Shown in pieces: positions 1-7,528 of a stretch of DNA of 64,000 nt. Position numbers and translations under genes: made by a program. This DNA comes from an uncultured Lachnospiraceae bacterium (GTDB lineage: Bacteria; Bacillota; Clostridia; Lachnospirales; Lachnospiraceae). The notes under the pieces were generated by a model, which was not told where the DNA came from, made no database searches, and saw only the letters and a program-made list of their open reading frames with translations. Every line of letters begins with the position of its first letter. Position 1 is the first letter of the stretch. The DNA lies in NCBI GenBank assembly GCA_910588895.1, contig CAJUSS010000003.1, positions 1,050 to 65,049 on the forward strand, written 5' to 3'.

Positions 1-638
1 ACATCATAGTCGTCCAGCTCCAGCCGCAGGATCTCACTGATATCCAGTCCATGATAAAAGAGCAGGCCCATCATCACATTGTCCCGCAGACAGACCCGCT
101 TGCGGAAATCGCTGTCCAGAGCCCCATATTCCCTGTCCAATGCGATAAAAAATAAGTCCACCTCCGCCCGTGTCAATCTCCGTTCTGGCTGCTCCCTCCA
201 TCCCCGCTCCTCTCCCTGCTCAGCTGCCTCTTCCTCGCTCTTCCCAGCCATCTCTCCCCACGCCCGCCCGGCTCCCCTCCTCCTGCTCTCTGGGAGGACA
301 GGCAAGACCAGCTCTCTTTGGGATCTCAGGAAGCCTTGCTTAGACAGGTACGCCAGATATCCCTTGAACACCCGATATTTACGGGTCACAGTGGAAGCCC
401 TGAGCTTCTTTTCCTGGAGCAGATAACGGAGATATCTTTCCGCCAGATCCTCGTCCAATGTCTCCGTCCCCCGCTCCTTAAGCCAGCGGTACAGGTGCTC
501 CAGGTCCAGCCGGTAGGCCTTGACCGTCCGCTCATCCAAGCCTCGCCCCACGGTCAAGCTATCCACGAACGCCTCTATCTTTCGGTCCCATGACCCAGGC
601 TCATGCACTCTCTTTGTCCTGATAAGATCTCTTCCCAT
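1..638 (-). CDS. Tyrosine recombinase/integrase-like protein (XerC/D fold), N-terminal part only, runs off the window; box I Arg replaced by Asp
   Basis: Hand translation from ATG 638: MGRDLIRTKRVHEPGSWDRKIEAFVDSLTVGRGLDERTVKAYRLDLEHLYRWL...KKLRASTVTRKYRVFKGYLAYL (integrase SAM-like core-binding domain) ...RRLTRAEVDLFF...CLRDNVMMGLLFYHGLDISEILRLELDDYD. Open to position 1; absent from the ORF track because no stop lies in the window. Confidence 0.85.
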   Translation of the reverse strand, partial: MGRDLIRTKRVHEPGSWDRKIEAFVDSLTVGRGLDERTVKAYRLDLEHLYRWLKERGTETLDEDLAERYLRYLLQEKKLRASTVTRKYRVFKGYLAYLSKQGFLRSQRELVLPVLPESRRRGAGRAWGEMAGKSEEEAAEQGEERGWREQPERRLTRAEVDLFFIALDREYGALDSDFRKRVCLRDNVMMGLLFYHGLDISEILRLELDDYD

Positions 639-780
639 CACCGCACATCTCTTTCTGTTGGGATACCCTTCCGGTAGATACCATCGCCCTGATCACATCC
701 AGGATATGCTCCTGCTCTTCTAAAGGAAGCTTTCCGGCTTTCTCGATGATCTCATCGATCAATCCCGCACCCTCTGCCAT
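601..780 (-). CDS. Small 59-aa protein resembling the C-terminal helical domain of XRE repressors (candidate anti-repressor)
   Basis: ATG 780 follows the RBS GGGAGGGG; MAEGAGLIDEIIEKAGKLPLEEQEHILDVIRAM...; overlaps the recombinase start; consensus promoter upstream. Confidence 0.7.
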   Translation of the reverse strand: MAEGAGLIDEIIEKAGKLPLEEQEHILDVIRAMVSTGRVSQQKEMCGDGKRSYQDKESA

Positions 781-894
781 ATATGCCCCTCCCTTCCCTC
801 TCTGACCGGCACCCGCTCCTATCGATCTTACACACATTTTTCTATATATGCCATAGCACAGGATCTTCGCCAATGGTTTCTCAATACGTTCATT

Positions 895-911
895 ATGTAT
901 TGTAAATACAT
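895..911. promoter_or_regulatory. Palindromic operator candidate ATGTATT-GTA-AATACAT overlapping the -10/+1 of the leftward promoter
   Basis: Perfect 7-3-7 inverted repeat read directly. Confidence 0.55.
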
Positions 912-938
912 TATAGACAGCACCACTCGTCTTGTCAA
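910..938 (-). promoter_or_regulatory. Sigma-A promoter for the small protein/recombinase operon
   Basis: Minus strand TTGACA-N17-TATAAT, perfect consensus. Confidence 0.85.
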
Positions 939-1056
939 GACTTGTTGGAAATAATATTTCTTTATTTAAACTTTCCTGGCAGCCGTTCAGATACCCTGAA
1001 CTGTTACGGCATCCGACAGGCGACGGATCAAAAAGCCAGCCGACTAAAGCAGTGGA

Positions 1057-1201
1057 GGGAGGGGGATAACATGTAACGGGACCCTAGAAAAACGCCGGCG
1101 CTTAGCGAGGTCCCTCACGAGCTTAGCGTCCGCTGCGTTCTTACCAAAACATCGGAGCGAGAGCGCGTCCCATTACATGCTATCCCCCTCCCGCAGCGGA
1201 C
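1057..1201 (-). ncRNA. Structured RNA or REP/MITE-like element of unknown class
   Basis: 26-bp inverted repeat 1057-1082/1167-1192 whose two mismatches are both G-U pairs on the minus strand; second perfect 10-bp pairing 1128-1137/1192-1201. Confidence 0.45.
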
Positions 1202-1215
1202 CATCTGCGACCTAT

Positions 1216-1329
1216 CTATGCAGTTACACTTAATACAACTATGACCACCACCAGAAAAAATGCTGTCCTCTTGACAATGTATCCGATCATAAATGGTCCA
1301 TCTCTACCATCCGTACACGATGTCCACAT
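1216..1329 (-). CDS. Putative 37-aa small membrane peptide
   Basis: [47 protein letters not shown] 6 nt before ATG; near-consensus promoter about 45 nt upstream; below the ORF-track size cutoff. Confidence 0.4.
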   Translation of the reverse strand: MWTSCTDGRDGPFMIGYIVKRTAFFLVVVIVVLSVTA

Positions 1330-1374
1330 TATGGTCCTTCCTGCGCATCCCACGCACTAATATCCTATGGATAC

Positions 1375-1403
1375 ATTATAATATCCTAAGTATACTCCGT
1401 CAA
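1375..1403 (-). promoter_or_regulatory. Sigma-A promoter, leftward, divergent from the XRE genes
   Basis: Minus strand TTGACG-N17-TATAAT; palindrome TATCC-N3-GGATA (1361-1373) at the predicted start site. Confidence 0.8.
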
Positions 1404-1434
1404 CCTATATCTGTCCCCTCTGGACACTTTTATA

Positions 1435-1463
1435 TTGCTTTTCTTTTTTCGTGATGGTATGCT
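1435..1463 (+). promoter_or_regulatory. Promoter of the first XRE gene
   Basis: TTGCTT-N17-TATGCT with extended TG; palindrome TGTCC-N5-GGACA at 1412-1426 just upstream. Confidence 0.5.
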
Positions 1464-1482
1464 CTTTTTTGGAGGTGATCTT

Positions 1483-2046
1483 ATGACGCAAGGCACACGC
1501 ATCAAGGAGATCCGCAGATCCCTTGGCCTGACACTCGAAAAATTTGGAGAACGGTTAGGCGTTGGAAAAGCCGCGATCTCCAAGCTGGAAAAGGGCGAGC
1601 GGAATCTCACCGACCAGATGGCAAAGTCGATCTGCCGCGAGTTTAACATCAATGAGGAATGGCTGCGCACTGGTTCCGGTAAGATGCAGGCCCCCGTCCA
1701 GGATGAAGTCATGGCCGCCCTTTCGGATCTGGCTGCGAGCGACACACCGTTCTATACACTGCTCAAAAGACTCCTGCTGGCCTATCACCATTCCGACACT
1801 GCCTCCAGGGAAACGATCGACCGGTTCCTCCTGGGGCTGTCCGCGGAAATGGAGCTCCCTCACGGAGAACGTATTGAAAAAAACAGCGTCCAAGATAATG
1901 GCCCCGCTGCCGCTAGCCATCCCAGCACAGACATACCACAACTCTCCCGCCTTTCCGTCGACGAAAAGGTAGCCCTATATCGCCAGGAATTAGAACGCGA
2001 AGAAAAAGCGGGGGAAAGATCAAGAGTCTCTTGCGAAAACGCTTAG
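1483..2046 (+). CDS. XRE-family (HTH_3, cI/SinR-like) transcriptional repressor, 187 aa
   Basis: RBS GGAGGTG; RIKEIRRSLGLTLEKFGERLGVGKAAISKLEKGER...EEWLRTGSGKM; no peptidase S24 domain seen. Confidence 0.9.
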   Translation: MTQGTRIKEIRRSLGLTLEKFGERLGVGKAAISKLEKGERNLTDQMAKSICREFNINEEWLRTGSGKMQAPVQDEVMAALSDLAASDTPFYTLLKRLLLAYHHSDTASRETIDRFLLGLSAEMELPHGERIEKNSVQDNGPAAASHPSTDIPQLSRLSVDEKVALYRQELEREEKAGERSRVSCENA

Positions 2047-2157
2047 AAAAAATAGCACGTGAGGATCATCGGCATTGATCTTCCAAAAAACTACCTGCAG
2101 GAAAGAGCCGCCAAATGAGCATGAGCGATAATGAGCAAAACAGAGGGAGGGGTCATC

Positions 2158-2499
2158 ATGAGTATAGGACAGCGTCTTCGGACCGCCAGAAAGGCACGTG
2201 AGATGTCACAGGATATGCTTGCAGAGAAGATCGGTGCGTCAAGAGGTGTCATCACCAACATCGAGCATGATAAGATCGACCGCCCCCAGCCTATGGTGGT
2301 CAATGCCATCTGCAATGTCCTGGCGATCGATAAGGACTGGCTGCTAAATGGCACCGGAGCTATGGATCTTCGCAGCGAACCCCCACGCAGCCAGAAAGTC
2401 CTTGCCGAGATCTATGAGCAGGTACAGCTATTGTCCGAGGAAGAGCAGCTGTTCATCCTGGACTTGATCCATTCTTATACAAAGCATATCAAAAACTGA
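2158..2499 (+). CDS. XRE-family transcriptional regulator, 113 aa
   Basis: RBS GGGAGGGG; IGQRLRTARKAREMSQDMLAEKIGASRGVITNIE...KDWLLNGTG; short helical C-terminal domain. Confidence 0.9.
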   Translation: MSIGQRLRTARKAREMSQDMLAEKIGASRGVITNIEHDKIDRPQPMVVNAICNVLAIDKDWLLNGTGAMDLRSEPPRSQKVLAEIYEQVQLLSEEEQLFILDLIHSYTKHIKN

Positions 2500-2795
2500 G
2501 ATGTATCTCCCATGCCCGTTACGGTTCTCGGGTTTGCCGAAAGGTCCGCTCCGGGAGCGCGTCCTTTTTGTACCATGCCCCGGGCGCAGCGGACTGCCCG
2601 CCACATCCCTCTGCTATAGAGTCCTCTGGCGTGGGTGTGAAAAGTAACTCATGCTCTATCTCATTTTACATTTATTGTAATTTTCCTGCAATTTTTCCCA
2701 GCTTGTGTTATACTTATCTTACCCACCCAGCATCCTCCGCAGGATGTACATGACACGACTCAACAAACCTATCATCAAAGAAAGGAAGGTAATCT

Positions 2796-2981
2796 ATGGA
2801 TACTTCAAGTATTTTTGCTGATATAACGCTCACAGAACCTGAAAAGATAGAGGCCTTTATCAATGCCCTTGAGGCTTCTATCGCTGATCCAATGCCTCCT
2901 TGAGATAGACCAAGACAAACGGTATTGTCTGATCCTGATCAGATAAAAACGATACTAGAGAAATGGAAGCGCAATGGATGA
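2796..2981 (+). pseudogene. Small antitoxin-like gene with internal TGA
   Basis: RBS AAGGAAGG; MDTSSIFADITLTEPEKIEAFINALEASIADPMPP*DRPRQTVLSDPDQIKTILEKWKRNG*; internal stop 2901-2903; final stop overlaps the next ATG (ATGA). Confidence 0.6.
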
Positions 2982-3284
2982 ACACGATACCGCAGATCAT
3001 CAATATCTTAGATGCATTTAGCCTACAGCGGAGAAGAGGCCTTAATGAACAGGCTTTCTGTTTTCCTATGTCCTGTAAATAGTGCGATCGATGGATTTCT
3101 AAAAAAAGTGCTTTGGATCTTGCAAGACGAAAAGCTTCCATCACTTATCTTGTTCTATCTCGACTGCGAGGATAAACAGCATCTAAAGGACTTCTACATA
3201 AATAAGCATCACTATAAGATCTTCGGGGAGCGTTACTCTCATTCTGACAGTATACGCTATCTCCAGATGATACGCTTCTTTTGA
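2978..3284 (+). pseudogene. Frameshifted, internally deleted GNAT-family acetyltransferase
   Basis: Fragments in different frames: MNTIPQIINILD / GEEALMNRLSVFLCPVNSAIDGFLKK / SALDLARRKASITYLV / YLDCEDKQHLKDFY...YLQMIRFF, resembling the two ends of Firmicute GNAT proteins as I recall them. Confidence 0.55.
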
Positions 3285-3310
3285 CGACCTGCTTTTCTCA
3301 CATAGGAACA

Positions 3311-3366
3311 GCAAAAACAGGCCCTCCTGCAGCCATATCCGCTGCAAGAAGACCTGTTGTTTTTGC
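3311..3366. terminator. Bidirectional hairpin between convergent genes
   Basis: GCAAAAACAGG...CCTGTTGTTTTTGC imperfect stem with inner TGCAGC/GCTGCA. Confidence 0.5.
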
Positions 3367-3412
3367 CTTTATCTGCTCCTGTGTCCCATCCGGTCCCCGG
3401 TCAGACAGCCCT

Positions 3413-5173
3413 CTAGACTCCGCCAGGGCCAGCCGCTATGGCTTCTGCCGACATCCCGGCTCCCGCCGGCGTTCCTGTTCCCGCAGGCGCTCCGGCATCC
3501 GCCATCGTTCCAGCTCCCGCCGTCGTCCCTTCCTCTACCGGCACCGGCGTACAAGCGCCGCTCCCGTCCGCGCGATACCGCGCGCCGTCCCGTTCAAGCT
3601 CTGCGTTCGCCGCCATAGCCCCGGAGCCATCCAGATAGTAGAGCGCTCCGTTTATCTCCTGCCAGCCTGTCAGCATCGCTCCAGAGCTGTTCATGTAATA
3701 CCAGGTCCCATTTATGTTCTGCCAGCCCGTCTGCATCACGCCGGAGCTATCCAGATAGTACCAGGTCCCGTTTATGTTCTGCCAGCCCGTCTGCATAGCG
3801 CCGGAGCTGCTCATATAGTACCAGGCCCCGTCTATGCTCTGCCAGCCCGTCTGCATCCGGCCATCCTCTGCCAGATGATACCGGCTGCCGCCTATCTCCT
3901 GCCAGCCTGTCTGCATCATGCCGTTATCCGCCATATAGTACCAGGAACCGTCCACACTGGCCCAGCCTTTGCTCATCTCACCAGAAGGCTGGAAATGATA
4001 CCTGGCCCCATCCAGCTGCTGCCAGCCTGTATCCATGGTCCCGGATCCGCTCAGATGATATCTCTGGCCTCCGATGTCCTGCCAGCCCGTCTGCATCCGG
4101 CCGTCATCCGCCAGATAGTACCAGCTTCCGTCCACCTGCCGCCAGCCGGTGACCATCCGCCCGTTCTCCCGCAGATAATACCAGCTTCCGTCCACCGACT
4201 TCCAGCCTGTGGACATCCGGCCTGTGTCCTCGTCCAGGTGATACCATCCTTCCGGCATGGACATCCAGCCCTTTACGGGACTCCCGATCCCATCCAGATA
4301 GAACCATCCGGTGCCGTCATCAATCCAGGTTTCCTTCTGCATCGAATGATCCTTATAGTAATATGTATTTCCTCCGATCGTCCTCCAGAGATCTCCCGGA
4401 AGGTTCCGGGTATGATCCGTGAACAGAAGATCGATATCTACATTTCCTTTGATCCCATTGACAGAGCCAGTGCTGGTGGCCTGCCACATAGATGGACTGT
4501 CGTAGGTATACATCACATTGTACCGGGCTACCCATACATCATAGTTTAACTTGGATAAGTCGATCTTATTGTTCAGCCAGTACTCATTGGCATACACCAT
4601 CGGATGATAGCCTGCGGCCTGGATCTTCCGGCAAAAGGCGTTGATGATATCGCTGACCTGGGAAGGCGATAAGGTCCCCAATGTCCCGCTGTCCTCCGCG
4701 TCAAATGCCACCGGATAAGAGATCGGGTAGTCCTTGATCAGATCCAGCACAAAATCCGCTTCCTGCTCCGCCATCTCCACCGATGTGGCATAGGAATAGA
4801 TATAAGCCCCCAGCTTGATCCCGGCTGCATGGGCCCGCTGGGCATTGACCCGGAAATTCGGATCCACCGCGCCTTTATACCGGGTCCCCAGCATGACAAA
4901 CTCCACGTCATCCTGCCGGACCTGCTCCCAGTCGATCTCCTGCTGCCAATGGGAGACATCGATCCCTCTGGCGATGGCTCCGTTGATCGGTGTGCCGTCC
5001 TCCATCTGGTATATGCCGCCCACTTTCTCCCAGGCGGCTGCCAGTGCGGTCAATGGCTGGGATGCACATAGACACAGGCAGCTTGCACACGCGACGATCT
5101 GCTTCCACAGCTTCTTTCGCACCCTTTGCTCTCTACTTTTATCTACCAAACCTCTTCTTTTCATCTGCTCCAT
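3413..5173 (-). CDS. GH25 lysozyme/muramidase with cell-wall (choline-binding-type) repeats
   Basis: GIDVSHWQ, YIYSYA, VAFDAE, MWQATSTGSVNGIKGNVDID motifs; signal-like N-terminus; many xTGWxxIxGxWYYL repeats; start placed at MEQMKRR by RBS (uncertain). Confidence 0.92.
   Translation of the reverse strand: MEQMKRRGLVDKSREQRVRKKLWKQIVACASCLCLCASQPLTALAAAWEKVGGIYQMEDGTPINGAIARGIDVSHWQQEIDWEQVRQDDVEFVMLGTRYKGAVDPNFRVNAQRAHAAGIKLGAYIYSYATSVEMAEQEADFVLDLIKDYPISYPVAFDAEDSGTLGTLSPSQVSDIINAFCRKIQAAGYHPMVYANEYWLNNKIDLSKLNYDVWVARYNVMYTYDSPSMWQATSTGSVNGIKGNVDIDLLFTDHTRNLPGDLWRTIGGNTYYYKDHSMQKETWIDDGTGWFYLDGIGSPVKGWMSMPEGWYHLDEDTGRMSTGWKSVDGSWYYLRENGRMVTGWRQVDGSWYYLADDGRMQTGWQDIGGQRYHLSGSGTMDTGWQQLDGARYHFQPSGEMSKGWASVDGSWYYMADNGMMQTGWQEIGGSRYHLAEDGRMQTGWQSIDGAWYYMSSSGAMQTGWQNINGTWYYLDSSGVMQTGWQNINGTWYYMNSSGAMLTGWQEINGALYYLDGSGAMAANAELERDGARYRADGSGACTPVPVEEGTTAGAGTMADAGAPAGTGTPAGAGMSAEAIAAGPGGV
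3620..4330 (-). repeat. Intragenic 60-bp (20-aa) tandem cell-wall-binding repeats
   Basis: GCCAGCC(C/T)GT recurs every 60 nt at 3661, 3721, 3781, 3841, 3901, 4021, 4081, with variants at 3961, 4141 and 4201. Confidence 0.9.
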
Positions 5174-5585
5174 GACTCCTTTTCTCCATCGATATTTGTC
5201 CAGTCCAAACCTTTTCTGATCTGCGTTTTCCCACTCTGACCTTTTAGTAAACCGATGCTTTAACCAGTCTTTTCCAGACCCACCAGCACTATGCTCTATG
5301 CCGATCTTGCAGTCATAAGTTACCTTCTGACCCACAGAAGACAGCTTGATTTTAGCACAAAAATAAGAAAACACCTATTACGAGGTGCTTTCTCTTTCTT
5401 ACATTTTCCTAAACAATGCGTTTTCGCAAACCGCCTAGCCAACTCATATCATCGCGCCCGATCTTCCCTGCAGCGATCGGCTATCTGTGGCTATCATCCA
5501 TCACAAGCCTCTTATGACACTGCCAAGGTCAGCCGCTTAAAATATCATCTGTCTGAACGATCTAAAGAGATCTCATTTAATTTCT

Positions 5586-6431
5586 TCAGATCATGTTGCT
5601 CGATCCAGATCCCACTATCATCTTTTCTATCTCGTCTAGCACCTGATCCATGTTTTCTTGGAACAATGACCATACTCTCTTTTTTAGATCACTGCTAAAA
5701 AGATCTAACGTTGGGATAAGGATACGCTTTTTTTGCGAAAAATCGCTCTTTACTCTATCGATGGCATCGCTAAGATAGATCGTCTGTTTCATCGGATCGC
5801 ACTGTTTATCCTTCTGTGTCACATCTATGATCTGTCGCGTTACATCCTCAAAAAAACGAAAATATTTTGTCAATTTAGTAGCGACCGTAGCAGACTCTTG
5901 CGTTCCTACTTTCCCAGATACAAGTTTAAAGATTTTACTCTCGTTTTCTTGTCTGTATCCTCTCGCATGTAAATTCAGATGTTTGACAAGGCCACTTCCA
6001 ATAAATACATCTTTTGTATACTAATCTGTCGGATAATTTCCTGATATGACCAATCCATCCGCTTTACAAGATGATCTTCTGTATGATTTTGCTGCTAACA
6101 CGATCTCTCTTACCCTTCTGTCTATCCCACGATAAAAGATCTTTTTTAGAATATAGATGACTTCATCCGGATCTGTTGCAATAGAAAAATCTTTAGGTAT
6201 GGTCACTTTAACTATCCCATCCGTTTTTGTCAAAAAAAATCCGCTGCTGTCTTTATCATAAAATTTCTTATCGAACAGCGATCTACTTGCATCAGAACTA
6301 TAGACGATATCTCTTTGCGTCCTGTGTACAGTTTTTTTCCTTTTCTTACGGCGTTGAAATGAACGCATCATCTTCCGAAGCCTATTTTTATTGAATTGTA
6401 TCCGTTTCCGTTTTCTTCTGGACCTTTACAC
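5586..6431 (-). pseudogene. AT-rich foreign gene relic, function unknown
   Basis: ORFs 6021-6371 and 5586-5873 share one frame, joined through a single TAG (6021-6023): SGNYPTD*YTKDVFIGSGLVKHLNL; another in-frame TAA at 6426-6428 after a GTG with GAGG RBS; much lower GC than flanks. Confidence 0.55.
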
Positions 6432-6594
6432 GACAGCCTCATTTATCGAGTGTATTTTAGCATCACACGATCCTGCTTTTCACACAGATCCTTTTTTATA
6501 CAGATCATATTTATAACTATTTTATCAGACCCCCAGTAAGATCGCAACAACTATTCCCCCGTCTGCCCGTGATGACCATACATTGGCTCCCCCT

Positions 6595-7392
6595 CTACCC
6601 CAGCGCCACATCCAGCACCATCATGACCAAGAACCCCATGGCAAAGCCCATGGTCCCGATATGGGAATGGGGCTCTCTGGAAGCCTCCGGGATCAGCTCT
6701 TCCACCACCACATAGACCATGGCCCCGGCTGCAAAGGCAAGCAGGTAGGGCAGCACCGGCGTGATGTACGCCGATAGGAGGATCGTGATGAAGGCCCCGA
6801 TCGGCTCCACCACCCCGGACGCCGTCCCATAAAGAAAGGCCTTTCTCCGCTTCATCCCTTCTGCCCTTAAGGGCAGGGAGATGATCGCCCCCTCCGGAAA
6901 ATTCTGGATCGCGATCCCGATCGCCAGGGCAAACGCGTCCGCCATGACGATCCCGGCCGTTCCGGAGAGCATACCGGCAAAGATCACCCCCACCGCCATC
7001 CCTTCCGGGATATTGTGGACCGTGACCGCCAAGATCAGCATAGCGGTCTTGGATATGGTCGGAGAGATCCTATCGCCATCATCCCCCTTCCTTCTATCTT
7101 CATCCTCCTTCAGATAGATCTCCGGCACTATGCGGTCTAAGAGCAGCATAGCCCCTATCCCCACGAAAAAACCAACAGCGGCAGGGATAAAAGCCAGCAC
7201 GCCAAGCCCCTCTGCCATGTTGATCGACGGGATCAAAAGGGACCAGACCGAAGCCGCCATCATGACCCCCGAGGCAAAGCCTAAGAGTGTCTTCTGCACG
7301 TTCTGCCGCATCTGCCCCATCATAAAAAATACGCAGGCAGCACCGGCTGTGGTTCCGATAAATGGGATCATCACCCCAAAAAATACTCTCAT
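6595..7392 (-). CDS. zupT: ZIP-family metal (zinc) transporter
   Basis: LLGFASGVMMAAS, HNIPEG, QNFPEG, SGVVEP, EELIPE motifs. Confidence 0.9.
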   Translation of the reverse strand: MRVFFGVMIPFIGTTAGAACVFFMMGQMRQNVQKTLLGFASGVMMAASVWSLLIPSINMAEGLGVLAFIPAAVGFFVGIGAMLLLDRIVPEIYLKEDEDRRKGDDGDRISPTISKTAMLILAVTVHNIPEGMAVGVIFAGMLSGTAGIVMADAFALAIGIAIQNFPEGAIISLPLRAEGMKRRKAFLYGTASGVVEPIGAFITILLSAYITPVLPYLLAFAAGAMVYVVVEELIPEASREPHSHIGTMGFAMGFLVMMVLDVALG

Positions 7393-7528
7393 AGACATCC
7401 TTTCCAAACCCGATCCGGTCAACCTGCTCATCCAGATGATCCAGATCCGTCTTTGCTATTTTTAGCCTATGAGCGTATTGTTAAAAGGTGCTTGCCTTAT
7501 CCCTCTGTCCTTCTGTCTTTTTGCCGCC

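Noticed and set aside
1271..1299. Plus-strand TTGACA as an antisense (antitoxin RNA) promoter
   Set aside because: No acceptable -10 at 16-18 nt spacing (TGGTCC at 17).
1..3284. Intact prophage or ICE
   Set aside because: No structural, replication or conjugation genes in the window and the recombinase lacks its catalytic Arg; DNA left of the window is unseen, so this is not fully excluded.
3281..4549. 422-aa plus-strand ORF and other long shadow ORFs (e.g. 16724-17608, 27949-28803, 31421-32353, 39474-40364)
   Set aside because: Antisense to well-supported genes; expected from high GC3 codon bias; no recognisable motifs.
5174..5374. Long N-terminal extensions given by the ORF track (GH25, OppA, PepSY, NCS2, acyltransferase and others)
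   Set aside because: They lack RBSs or overlap promoters; starts were reassigned to downstream codons with Shine-Dalgarno motifs.
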